Positions 29,480 to 38,413 of a stretch of DNA of 64,000 bases are shown here, one piece after another; position 1 is the stretch's first letter, and each line of letters begins with the position of its first letter. The stretch lies in assembly GCA_002726235.1 (NCBI GenBank), contig PBSN01000004.1, positions 37,279-101,278 of the forward strand. The letters run 5' to 3'. Origin of the DNA: Nitrospiraceae bacterium. GTDB lineage: Bacteria > Nitrospirota > Nitrospiria > Nitrospirales > UBA2166. The position numbers were made by a program, and so were the translations under genes. The notes below the pieces were generated by a model, which worked only from the letters and a program-made list of their open reading frames with translations, did not search any database and was not told where the DNA came from.

Positions 29480-29828
29480 CGCGGCGAGGAGAAGTGGAGA
29501 GTGTCTTGCCTGCTTTGAATTCGATAAGAGTAATCAGTTTCTGGATGCTGTCGCGGCGTTCAAGAAGATGTGCAATGCGATCGGTTTCTTCGGCGTGGCC
29601 AACAAGATTGATCAATGGCGATAGGGCGTGTAAAGCTTGGCTCCCCAGGAAATTCATGGGTCCAACTGATTCAAGCAGCAAGACCATAGGGGTTTCCATA
29701 CGTCGCGAAACCACTTTCGTCGCAATATGGTCGAGTAGAGCGAGATCTTTGGCGGTGAGAGGCGTTGCGTTCGACTTCACAGCAAATGCATATTTGAATG
29801 CTTGAGTTAACCTCACCTTCAAACTCAT
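29472..29828 (-). CDS. Hypothetical 118-aa protein, first gene of the three-gene operon
   Basis: ATG start. The stop overlaps the start of the ATPase gene by 8 nt (29472-29479). No recognisable motif. Confidence 0.55.
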   Translation of the reverse strand: MSLKVRLTQAFKYAFAVKSNATPLTAKDLALLDHIATKVVSRRMETPMVLLLESVGPMNFLGSQALHALSPLINLVGHAEETDRIAHLLERRDSIQKLITLIEFKAGKTLSTSPRRDE

Positions 29829-30062
29829 GCAGCTACTCTAAATACTTTCAAGCCTAAGAGTCAACGCGGTACATATACAGTGCCCCTTGCTATTGTTTGT
29901 ACGATTGCTGGCAATGCTTTCGTTCGGAACGCAATTGTTGATAAAGGGGAAAGGGCATAAGAACATTGCAAATCGCGACACGCATTCAAGTCGCGCACGT
30001 GATCGCTGCATTATTGGCAGACAAGATTAACGCACTGCGCTCAAATGGCGTGCTATTTCATC

Positions 30063-31196
30063 TCATCCTCCAAAGATAAATCTTGACCCCGTGTATGAAA
30101 GAACGAGTTTTTCCGGAAGTTTGTTCTGCATCTCGCTAATGAAGCCTGGGCCGCTGCAATGCATGGGCATGATGTGGTCAGGGTTGATTTTTTTCAGCTC
30201 CTGAACGGTTTTTGCGATATACGCCTTCGATGCTGGAGCCAAGTGGAATCCGCCCATGACGGCGTGCACCTTCTGCACTCCTGACGCGGCTTGTGCTTGC
30301 CGCACTGAATTGACAATGCCTTTATGTCCACAGGAAGAAATCACAACGAGCCCACGATCTTTGACGTGGTAGCAGGTGGCATGTTCTCCAGGAAAATCGT
30401 CGATAATTGTTTTTCCTGCTTCACTATCGTGCGAAAAGAGGGTACTGTGACATCCCAATCCGTTTCGCATGCCCACTTCAACGTGTGGGGTCGGCAGGAT
30501 TTTCTCAAAACTGACGTTTGGAATCTCCCCGGTGGTAAAAGCATGGCCGGCAACCACGGTCGGTTGCTTCGCGAGGACAAGTTTCACGTTGGTAGCTTCA
30601 ATTTCTTTCCGATCAAGCACGTAGCTGATGCTAGTCTCTTGGCCTGGTCGAATCCAGCGGTAACAGAACGTATCCTCTCCTCCGACATAGACCTGAAGGG
30701 TTTTCCTCATTATTGAGCGATACTGTCTGAGCATTGGAATTAGCCCATCGAAATGATCATCGTGCCCATGACTTACAATAAGGGCGTCGATCTGAGCCGG
30801 ATCAATCTTCAGGAGGTCATAGTTATGGAACAACACGTCGGCTGTGCTACCAAAGTCGAGTAAGATCTGCCTGGTTTCACCGTTTCGCTGCGATTCCAAG
30901 TGGGTGGCAAAGCCCCACTGACTCTGAAGCATGCTATTGCCTCGAGGATCCCGTATGGTTCCCGTCCGTTCTACCTTAACATTGCCGACGTGTTTGTTTC
31001 GTGTAAGGATGTCGTGAAACGAGTCGATGACGATGCGAACTGCAAGGCGATCGACAACAGGGGGTGCGCTGGATTTTGCCAACGCCATGGACGGTCTGCT
31101 TTCCAACATCGGGATACCGACCAACACCGCGCCTGCGAAGCGAACTCCGGTCTGTAACACATCGCGTCGGGTGATGTAGATTTCGTCTTTCTCCAT
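30063..31196 (-). CDS. Tat-exported metallo-beta-lactamase-fold protein
   Basis: Twin-arginine signal ITRRDVLQTGVRFAGAVLVG...ALA. MBL motif VSHGHDDHFDGL. 377 aa. Confidence 0.8.
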   Translation of the reverse strand: MEKDEIYITRRDVLQTGVRFAGAVLVGIPMLESRPSMALAKSSAPPVVDRLAVRIVIDSFHDILTRNKHVGNVKVERTGTIRDPRGNSMLQSQWGFATHLESQRNGETRQILLDFGSTADVLFHNYDLLKIDPAQIDALIVSHGHDDHFDGLIPMLRQYRSIMRKTLQVYVGGEDTFCYRWIRPGQETSISYVLDRKEIEATNVKLVLAKQPTVVAGHAFTTGEIPNVSFEKILPTPHVEVGMRNGLGCHSTLFSHDSEAGKTIIDDFPGEHATCYHVKDRGLVVISSCGHKGIVNSVRQAQAASGVQKVHAVMGGFHLAPASKAYIAKTVQELKKINPDHIMPMHCSGPGFISEMQNKLPEKLVLSYTGSRFIFGG

Positions 31197-31257
31197 CTGT
31201 CGCCTCCCATATGAAATAATCGGATTCTAGGAGCCTGTCTGACTTAGGTATTCATAA

Positions 31258-31722
31258 CTATTGTGCAGTCCGGCGAATAAGATTTTTCTTGCCTTTCTCA
31301 CCCAAAATAATGATGACTACCTTCAATGGCACATCCCCGGCATTTCTTCCATTGTGCCATGTATTGAGGACATCAAGCAGCCCTGAGCCAGCGGGAAATT
31401 CCATAGTGTTTCCGTCTTCAAAGTCTATGGTTAAGGTGCCTTCAATGACCTGAGTGTAGGTGGGGACAGGATGTTTATGCCATTCTGTCTCTTGCCCTGG
31501 AGCAAAATTTGAAATTCTTGCAATGATTTCAGGAGTATCAGTTGCTGGATACTTGATCTGTTGACCAGTCACCGTTATGGCTCCACGAAACTCAGGCGTT
31601 TCTAGCAATGGTTGCGAGGCAACCCGTGTGGATTTTACGTGGCTACATCCACTGAAAACAATCAACGCAACCGCACACAATACGATTTTCAGATCCATCC
31701 CCTTCCTCCACTCTGTTGTCAT
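31258..31722 (-). CDS. Cupin-domain lipoprotein
   Basis: Lipobox LIVFSGC. Cupin motifs ETEWHKHPVPTYTQVIEGTL and FPAGSG. The start may be the ATG at 31698. Confidence 0.7.
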   Translation of the reverse strand: MTTEWRKGMDLKIVLCAVALIVFSGCSHVKSTRVASQPLLETPEFRGAITVTGQQIKYPATDTPEIIARISNFAPGQETEWHKHPVPTYTQVIEGTLTIDFEDGNTMEFPAGSGLLDVLNTWHNGRNAGDVPLKVVIIILGEKGKKNLIRRTAQ

Positions 31723-32073
31723 AGCCAGATACGCGTTTCACTTTCCCAAGTAACAATTTTACGCCTCTCTCACACCAAGATCCATATATTTATAGAACAG
31801 TTCAGCCCTGACGAGTGAAACATGCAACGCTATCTCCAATGCCTACGCTGTTGCTACGGTCTCCCGGCGACCATGCAATATTCTCCTTCTAATCAGAATT
31901 CGACAGCCGCAGACATGTTCCACGATGATGCTGGTATACTTCGGAATCACCTTCATCAATATCTTCCGCTCGTGGCACAACTTCGCGCTTCTAAACATTG
32001 CTTCCAATCGCTGTTTGCTTTTATGTAGAAATTTTTAGATGATGCGACACGAAAGATTGCGTGGTATCCCACT

Positions 32074-32724
32074 ATGATTAGAACTGTTCTTCGCTACACC
32101 CTTCTCAGCATCTTGCTGATCACAATGGCCATGGCTTCTGTCGGACACGCCCACCCTGCAATGATCAAGAAGATGTTGGCGGCACATGCGCTATGGTTGA
32201 ATACGTATGGCCTGGAAGGGAAACGCGCAAATTTCATGGAAATGGACCTGAGCGGTCACAACATGATCCACGTCGAGTTGGCATTTGCAGAATTGCGAAT
32301 TTCTAATCTCAGCGCCATCGACCTTCGGTGGGCAAACTTGTGCAATGCCATTCTTAGCGGATCCAATTTCTCCGGAGCCGATTTGGGTGAAGCAAATCTT
32401 ATTGAGGCAACATTGACCGCCGCCTACTTAAATGGTAGCGACCTGACAGGGGCAAATCTTAAAGGCGCCTCTCTTGCTATGGCCGACCTTAGTGGAGCAT
32501 CGCTTCGCTTCGCCAATCTAACCAATGCCGACCTCAGTGGGGCCGATCTTCGAGACGTGGACCTGACGGGCGCAATCTTAGATGGCACCAATCTTCAGAG
32601 CGCCAGACGCTTGACTATCCCCATGCTATCGAAAGTTGAAACATTATACGGTAGCAACCTCAATCCCCACCTCATGCAAACCCTTCAGGACTTCGCACCC
32701 CACCTTTTTCAACCACCTGAATAG
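32074..32724 (+). CDS. Secreted pentapeptide-repeat protein
   Basis: Signal peptide, then about 20 consecutive A(D/N)LxG-type pentapeptides (ANLCNAILSGSNFSGADLGEANLIEATLTAAYLNGSDLTGANLKGASL...). Confidence 0.8.
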   Translation: MIRTVLRYTLLSILLITMAMASVGHAHPAMIKKMLAAHALWLNTYGLEGKRANFMEMDLSGHNMIHVELAFAELRISNLSAIDLRWANLCNAILSGSNFSGADLGEANLIEATLTAAYLNGSDLTGANLKGASLAMADLSGASLRFANLTNADLSGADLRDVDLTGAILDGTNLQSARRLTIPMLSKVETLYGSNLNPHLMQTLQDFAPHLFQPPE

Positions 32725-32753
32725 GCGTAAAAACTTCGTGTAGCGCGACATGT

Positions 32754-33485
32754 TTAATTATGCTGGAGCGGAATGAGAAAACAATGTTCAAATGGCGAAA
32801 TATACTCCAAGTTTAGTTTTTGAAATACAGTCTCCGGAATTCCGATGTCCGCCAACCACAAGTGCCCCGTCGTTTCTGAAAGAAGTCCTGTTTTTGGCAG
32901 GGCTAATGTTACGGTTCTTGTTGCGTTGATGAACTGACCTGGAGTTTCCCCGGTTGTTGAATCAACTCCAGAGGGAATATCCAATGATAAAATAGGCGTG
33001 TCTCTTTCATTCGCCCACTGAATAAGCTCGGAGGTCTTGCCAGTTGGTGCACCGTGAATGCTATATCCAACCAACGCATCGATGATAAGATCCGGCTTTA
33101 TCTTTGCAAGCTGGTCCATCTCACATTCTTTTCCATGTGTTGATCCAAATATTTTTCGTTGATAGGCAGGAACGTCTCCGAGCTTTTTAGGAGAACTTAA
33201 GCAAAGATGTACGTTAATCTTTTGACTGCGGTTTGCAAGATGTCGTGCAGCACAGATTCCACCGCCGCCATTGCCACCCGATCCAGCCAACACGACAATC
33301 GTTGCATGGGTCCATTGCTTGCCACGCATATCGAGAGCGGCTAATGCACAATTGCGTCCGGCATTCTCCATCATTTGATAGAGGTTAGGACCCGTTTCTT
33401 CAATTGCAATGCGATCGAGTTCCTTCATTTGCATTTGTGTTACCGCTGGCACAACAACTCCGGTGTCTGTCCTATATTGTTTCAA
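32754..33485 (-). CDS. NAD(P)H-hydrate epimerase (YjeF N-terminal domain family)
   Basis: LMENAGRNCA...VVLAGSGGNGGGGICAARHL...DALVGYSIHG...PILSLDIPSG matches YjeF_N motifs. Confidence 0.75.
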   Translation of the reverse strand: MKQYRTDTGVVVPAVTQMQMKELDRIAIEETGPNLYQMMENAGRNCALAALDMRGKQWTHATIVVLAGSGGNGGGGICAARHLANRSQKINVHLCLSSPKKLGDVPAYQRKIFGSTHGKECEMDQLAKIKPDLIIDALVGYSIHGAPTGKTSELIQWANERDTPILSLDIPSGVDSTTGETPGQFINATRTVTLALPKTGLLSETTGHLWLADIGIPETVFQKLNLEYISPFEHCFLIPLQHN

Positions 33486-33517
33486 AAAACTCTCCCATGA
33501 ATGATCTAAAATAGGGG

Positions 33518-34546
33518 TTGACGATTCACACTGGTAATTGTACCATCGTCAGAGCGGATGATTCGATCGATTGCACGAATGGCGTTCGACAGCATGGTGC
33601 TTCTTCCCATGAGAGGGTGGCGAGCATAAGATACGCTGGCATAGCATTCGTGGCGCTGTTTCTCGCTGTCGGAAGTTTCGTCCTCGTCGATTCATTTGCC
33701 CCTGTCCAGTCGAACAACAATACGTACAGCGAAGAAGATTACGCGCTCTATCCGTCCGTCCCTCGGCTTCCTGAAACAATGCCGTTTGCGGGGGAGCAGG
33801 TCGACCTCTCTGACAATTTTATTCGCGAGCGGGTTGAGCGGGAATTTTATGATTTTCTCGGAGCCTCGGACAGTATTATCGTCGCCAAACGAACTGGGCG
33901 ATGTTTCCCACCCGTGGAGACAATGCTCGCTGAAGCTGGAATGCCTGATGATTTGAAATACATCCTTGTCGTGGAAAGCAAGTGTAGAGAAAATGCCGTT
34001 TCGAGTGCTAACGCAGTAGGACCGTGGCAATTTATCCGATCAACTGGACGAAACTACTCGCTTACGATTAATCGATGGAAAGACGAACGACGCGACCTTC
34101 ATCTGGCGACACAAGCCGCAATCAAGTTCTTGCGAACCCTGCGCGAACAACAATTTGACAGCTGGCCACTGGCACTCGCCGCGTACAACACCGGAGGGAC
34201 ACGCGTTCGCAATGCGATGAACGCCCAGAAATCACAGGATTATTGGAATCTATATCTGTCGAACGAAACCATGCGATATGTCCCACGTATCCTTGCGGCC
34301 AAGGAACTTTTCTCAAAACCTGGGAAGTACTTTGGCCTTCACATGAATGATCTTTGGAAGCCACGTCCGTTTGAGCAGGTCACGGTTCAAGTCAACACGA
34401 AACAGAAATCCCTCTCCGCGATCGCGGAGGATCACGGCACCCATCTCCGGTTCGTGAAACAACTCAACCCTGAACTTCGCAAAGCGTACCTCCCGCGTGG
34501 AACGCATAAGATTCGCATTCCCCCGTCCCAGCACAGTAAAATTTAG
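33518..34546 (+). CDS. Membrane-anchored lytic transglycosylase (SLT domain)
   Basis: TM IAFVALFLAVGSFVLV. Catalytic region VVESKCRENAVSSANAVGPWQFIRSTG...AAYNTGGTRV (ES...S.AGA.G.WQF, AYN.G). The start is uncertain: TTG 33518 or GTG 33617. Confidence 0.75.
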   Translation: MTIHTGNCTIVRADDSIDCTNGVRQHGASSHERVASIRYAGIAFVALFLAVGSFVLVDSFAPVQSNNNTYSEEDYALYPSVPRLPETMPFAGEQVDLSDNFIRERVEREFYDFLGASDSIIVAKRTGRCFPPVETMLAEAGMPDDLKYILVVESKCRENAVSSANAVGPWQFIRSTGRNYSLTINRWKDERRDLHLATQAAIKFLRTLREQQFDSWPLALAAYNTGGTRVRNAMNAQKSQDYWNLYLSNETMRYVPRILAAKELFSKPGKYFGLHMNDLWKPRPFEQVTVQVNTKQKSLSAIAEDHGTHLRFVKQLNPELRKAYLPRGTHKIRIPPSQHSKI

Positions 34547-34773
34547 AGACCAAGAATTCATGAGGAGCCATCCGAATCAGCATTTCGTGGATTTGCTACT
34601 CATGTATTAATCCCTAGCTTTTGTCGCACAGACCATCGATCCCCATTCCCTAACAGAAAATTCCATTATGATGTTCGGCGAGGCCACAGCAAGCGAGGAG
34701 TCGAATCATACTCTCCTACGTTGCGCCTCAGAGTGAGGCGAGAACTAATCTTGAGAACTTTTTCACCATTCTG

Positions 34774-35469
34774 CTAATCCCCGATCCATCGTCCCAGCAC
34801 AATTGCCGCCGTTCCAAAGCTGAGCGATTTAATGTGAATGTCCGTAAAGCCGTTCTGTTGCATGGCATGGCAAAGATCAGCAACCCAAGTGGTTTCACGC
34901 AATAATTTTGGCAACCCACGAAATGCCTCGCTCCACTGGCGGAGTTGCGCACTTGGCATCCATTGCAGAATTGGAAAGTACAGTTCCCATACGCGTGCAA
35001 CGAGTGGATTGGTGGGATAGGTGAATTCGTGCATTAGCAGCAATCCACCAGGTTTCAGCATTGAAGCCGCGTTGGCAGTTACAACATTCAGATCGGCATA
35101 CTTTGCCAAGTATGAAGAGACAATTGCATCGAATGGCTCGGCATTCCTGAAATTTTCCGCGGATGAATGCAAAAATTGAATGTCGGATCGGCCTATTGTT
35201 GCCGCTCTTTGCTTCGCTATACCAAGATATTCCGCAGTGAGATCAACCCCAACGATATCACATTTTGAATGCTGCTCTGCTATCGTAAAGGTAAGGATTC
35301 CAGTTCCACAGGCAAGATCAAGGACGCGAGTGGGAGTCGAAAGACACTGAACAATCTGCTCCTTCCATAGGCGATCGCCTCCGAATGTCGCAAGGCGTAC
35401 TACATTGTCATAGGATTCTGCATTTCCGGCAAAAAACTCATGTGCGAGAGCAATTTTGCTATCGGTCAT
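34774..35469 (-). CDS. Class I SAM-dependent methyltransferase (UbiE/MenG-like)
   Basis: SYDNVVRLATFGGDRLW and SAM-binding motif VLDLACGTGILT. ATG at 35469 gives 231 aa. The longer ORF-track start adds an implausible N-terminus. Confidence 0.75.
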   Translation of the reverse strand: MTDSKIALAHEFFAGNAESYDNVVRLATFGGDRLWKEQIVQCLSTPTRVLDLACGTGILTFTIAEQHSKCDIVGVDLTAEYLGIAKQRAATIGRSDIQFLHSSAENFRNAEPFDAIVSSYLAKYADLNVVTANAASMLKPGGLLLMHEFTYPTNPLVARVWELYFPILQWMPSAQLRQWSEAFRGLPKLLRETTWVADLCHAMQQNGFTDIHIKSLSFGTAAIVLGRWIGD

Positions 35470-35814
35470 ACGTAACCCATGGGGTAAGAGATCATTTGTG
35501 TTGCGATGCCTATCGATACAAATCAGAATGATCAGAATTATTCGAACCCGCTGAGAGATATGATACCTTATGTGCTGTGTACAAGACGTATTCATTGGAT
35601 GATTTATCTTCATAATAATGGATATTACCGCGAGATAGAATCACAAGTCGTGTCCTGTACGGAGCCTAAGCTTGCTAAAATCCAACAGAACTTCATTGTT
35701 ATTTCCACCGTTTCATGTCTTAGCAACTTTTTTCGTTGCCTCGATTCTAGCTCCATGTGCTGGTGCGGGATGATACGTGAACTTCTCAGTCACGGCATGT
35801 CGCGAGGAACCTGA

Positions 35815-38406
35815 ATGACATCATCACGACTGTTTATATTCAGTGTTTTTTTCCTCTCCGGCATCGCAGGAATCATCTATCAAATCCTCTGGATGCGAGA
35901 GGTTCAAATTCTCTTTGGAAATACTGCGCAGTCCGCAGCGGCGGTATTGCTCGCTTTTTTTCTCGGCATGGCACTGGGAAATGCATGGGGTGGGCGCCTC
36001 TCGGCACGCGTTCATAACCCGCTCGTCACATATGCGATTGTTGAGTTTGGAATTGCGCTCACCGCAGTGCCAGTTCTCCTGCTCACACCGTTATACCTGC
36101 ACCTGTCCCCGATCCTTCTGTCTGCGTTTGCAACTGTTACGTGGGCATTTGACCTGTCGAAACTCGTCTTAGTGCTTGGCTTCATGCTTCCAGCAAGTAT
36201 CCTGATTGGCGCAACCTTTCCACTTCTGGGCACTGCAGTCATTGTTAAGCGGTCATGCCTTGGAATGGATGCCGGACGACTATACGGAATCAATACGCTG
36301 GGTGCAGTATGTGGGGTAGCTCTGAGCGGATTTTTACTGCCAGTACTCCTTGGAAACACGCTTACCTATGTGTTGGCGCTTCTTACCAACTGCGCCATCG
36401 GCGCGACAGTTTTGCTCTGGCAAAGGAAAAGAGCCGGAGCGGGAGGTGAACAGCTTCGCAAGGCTGTTCTTGATCATCGTGAAGTACAGAACGATCCTAT
36501 TCTTGAGGTCTCTGATACCCCGTTCCTGCCACAACATGTGCTTTTCGCGATTGCATGTGGGTCTGGCCTGTGCACGATAGCACTCGAGGTGCTCTGGACA
36601 AGAATGTTTGCACTTGTGTTCCAAAACTCAGTCTATAGTTTTTCTGCCATTGTTCTGATTTTTCTCGTCGGACTGGCCATTGGGGCCTTGCTTATTGCGA
36701 CATCACAGAAATTCCTTCGGTTTGGCGTCGGCCTTCTTGGTGTGAGCTTGGGAATGACGGCATTTTGTGTTCTATTGACCCCAATACTCTTTTCTGCAAC
36801 GACCGATCTTTCCCTGTTTGCCAGCGGCGTTGGGTGGCCATGGTACCTGTTCAAAGTCATTGGGCTCGTTGCCGGAATCATTCTTCTCCCAGTAATTCTT
36901 GCGGGCTTTACCCTCCCTTTGTTGTGGAAGCTCTATGAACATTTTCAACGTCCTGTGGGATCAACGCTTGGCACGATCAATCTGTGGAATCTTCTTGGAG
37001 CCTTGAGCGGAGGGATTGCCGCAGCCTATCTTCTCATTCCCATGCTGGGTTTATGGAACGCCATTGTGGCTGTGGCGATATTGCTTTTGGTGCTCTCTCA
37101 ACTGGCCGTGTTCTATGCTAGTCCGGGCTGGATGAGAAGATTTGGCGTGGTTCTGGTACCCGCATGTGTTGCCGTATTGTTGTTTGCCAACCCGACACAG
37201 TATTCATCGCAAAAGCTTCTACCAGGGGAACGCCTATTATATTTGGATGAAGGCAAAGAGGCGGCCATTTCCGTCGTCGAAGATTCTAACCAAGTCAGAT
37301 GGCTCAAAAGTAACAACACATATCGTCTTGGAGCGACAACAGCGATTCGTGGCGAAAAACGATTGGGGCATTTACCCCTTCTACTTCATCCTTCACCGAA
37401 GAATGTTGCCTTCATTGGTGTTGCAACGGGGGTCAGCGTAAGCGCTGGGATTGATCACAATCTTACTGAGTTGGTCGGCGTCGAGATTCTTCCTGGGGTG
37501 TTAAATGCGCTGTCATATTTCGAAGATCACAATCGCAACTTGCTTGCACATGACAACGTGACCGCGATTCTTGACGATGGACGAATTTACCTTCGAAGTA
37601 CTGATCGTAGGTTTGACGTGATCGTAGCTGACCTGTTCATCCCATGGCACGCTGGAAACGGGAGTCTGTATACGCGTGAACATTACGAAGCTAGCCGACA
37701 ACGATTGAGTGCACAAGGCATTTATTGCCAGTGGCTTCCGCTCTATCAGTTGTCAGAACGAGAGGTTGGGATTATTGCCGCCACTTTTGCTGAGGTATTT
37801 CCACATGTGTCGGTATGGAGATCAGATTTTTCCGCGAACGCGCCTATTCTCGGGCTGATGGGATCAAATGCACCGATTGTGATCGATTCGACAGTCTTGC
37901 AATCACGGCTCGATGCCTTACAGCGAAAGATCTCACCAAAAGATCGCCTGCTTCAGGAAGTAGTAGACGTTTCGCTGATGTATGCTGGAGACATCTCGTC
38001 AGTGAAACCGTGGCTAGCGCGGTTTCCAGTCAACACCGAAGATTGGCCGATCATCGAATTCGACGCGGCAATAAGCGAAAGTCACGGGCGTATATTTGCT
38101 GGGTTACCCCTTGCCGATTTTTATTACCAATTGGGCAATCAAGATGGAACTGCCATTCAGCTTAAAGTAGCCGGTGAGAATCATCCAATGCCCATGTCTC
38201 CAAAAGCGGGCAACTTGCTTTTTCGAGCGGTTGCTTTAGGTGACAGTGGTGATATTCGCGGGCAGGTATCTACCTTACAAGAAGCGACACGGTCTCTTCC
38301 GCACAGCTCTTATCTCAAAATGGTGAATGCTATTTTACGTTCGCGAGTGATGCAAAGAGGAAGAGGGGTGGACCGACCATCTCCGAATCCAACACGCCGT
38401 CCCTAG
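35815..38406 (+). CDS. Fused polytopic membrane domain / spermidine-synthase-like aminopropyltransferase-fold protein
   Basis: About 480 aa with many TM helices. This is followed by a spermidine-synthase-like domain (VAFIGVATGVS...FDVIVADLFIPWHAGNGSLYTREHY). 863 aa. Confidence 0.75.
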   Translation: MTSSRLFIFSVFFLSGIAGIIYQILWMREVQILFGNTAQSAAAVLLAFFLGMALGNAWGGRLSARVHNPLVTYAIVEFGIALTAVPVLLLTPLYLHLSPILLSAFATVTWAFDLSKLVLVLGFMLPASILIGATFPLLGTAVIVKRSCLGMDAGRLYGINTLGAVCGVALSGFLLPVLLGNTLTYVLALLTNCAIGATVLLWQRKRAGAGGEQLRKAVLDHREVQNDPILEVSDTPFLPQHVLFAIACGSGLCTIALEVLWTRMFALVFQNSVYSFSAIVLIFLVGLAIGALLIATSQKFLRFGVGLLGVSLGMTAFCVLLTPILFSATTDLSLFASGVGWPWYLFKVIGLVAGIILLPVILAGFTLPLLWKLYEHFQRPVGSTLGTINLWNLLGALSGGIAAAYLLIPMLGLWNAIVAVAILLLVLSQLAVFYASPGWMRRFGVVLVPACVAVLLFANPTQYSSQKLLPGERLLYLDEGKEAAISVVEDSNQVRWLKSNNTYRLGATTAIRGEKRLGHLPLLLHPSPKNVAFIGVATGVSVSAGIDHNLTELVGVEILPGVLNALSYFEDHNRNLLAHDNVTAILDDGRIYLRSTDRRFDVIVADLFIPWHAGNGSLYTREHYEASRQRLSAQGIYCQWLPLYQLSEREVGIIAATFAEVFPHVSVWRSDFSANAPILGLMGSNAPIVIDSTVLQSRLDALQRKISPKDRLLQEVVDVSLMYAGDISSVKPWLARFPVNTEDWPIIEFDAAISESHGRIFAGLPLADFYYQLGNQDGTAIQLKVAGENHPMPMSPKAGNLLFRAVALGDSGDIRGQVSTLQEATRSLPHSSYLKMVNAILRSRVMQRGRGVDRPSPNPTRRP

Positions 38407-38413
38407 CAGAATT

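Noticed and set aside
34724-34740. Perfect 7-bp hairpin CGCCTCA-GAG-TGAGGCG between the convergent SLT gene and the methyltransferase gene.
   Set aside because: No U-tract follows it on either strand, so I cannot call it an intrinsic terminator. It may still be a structural element.
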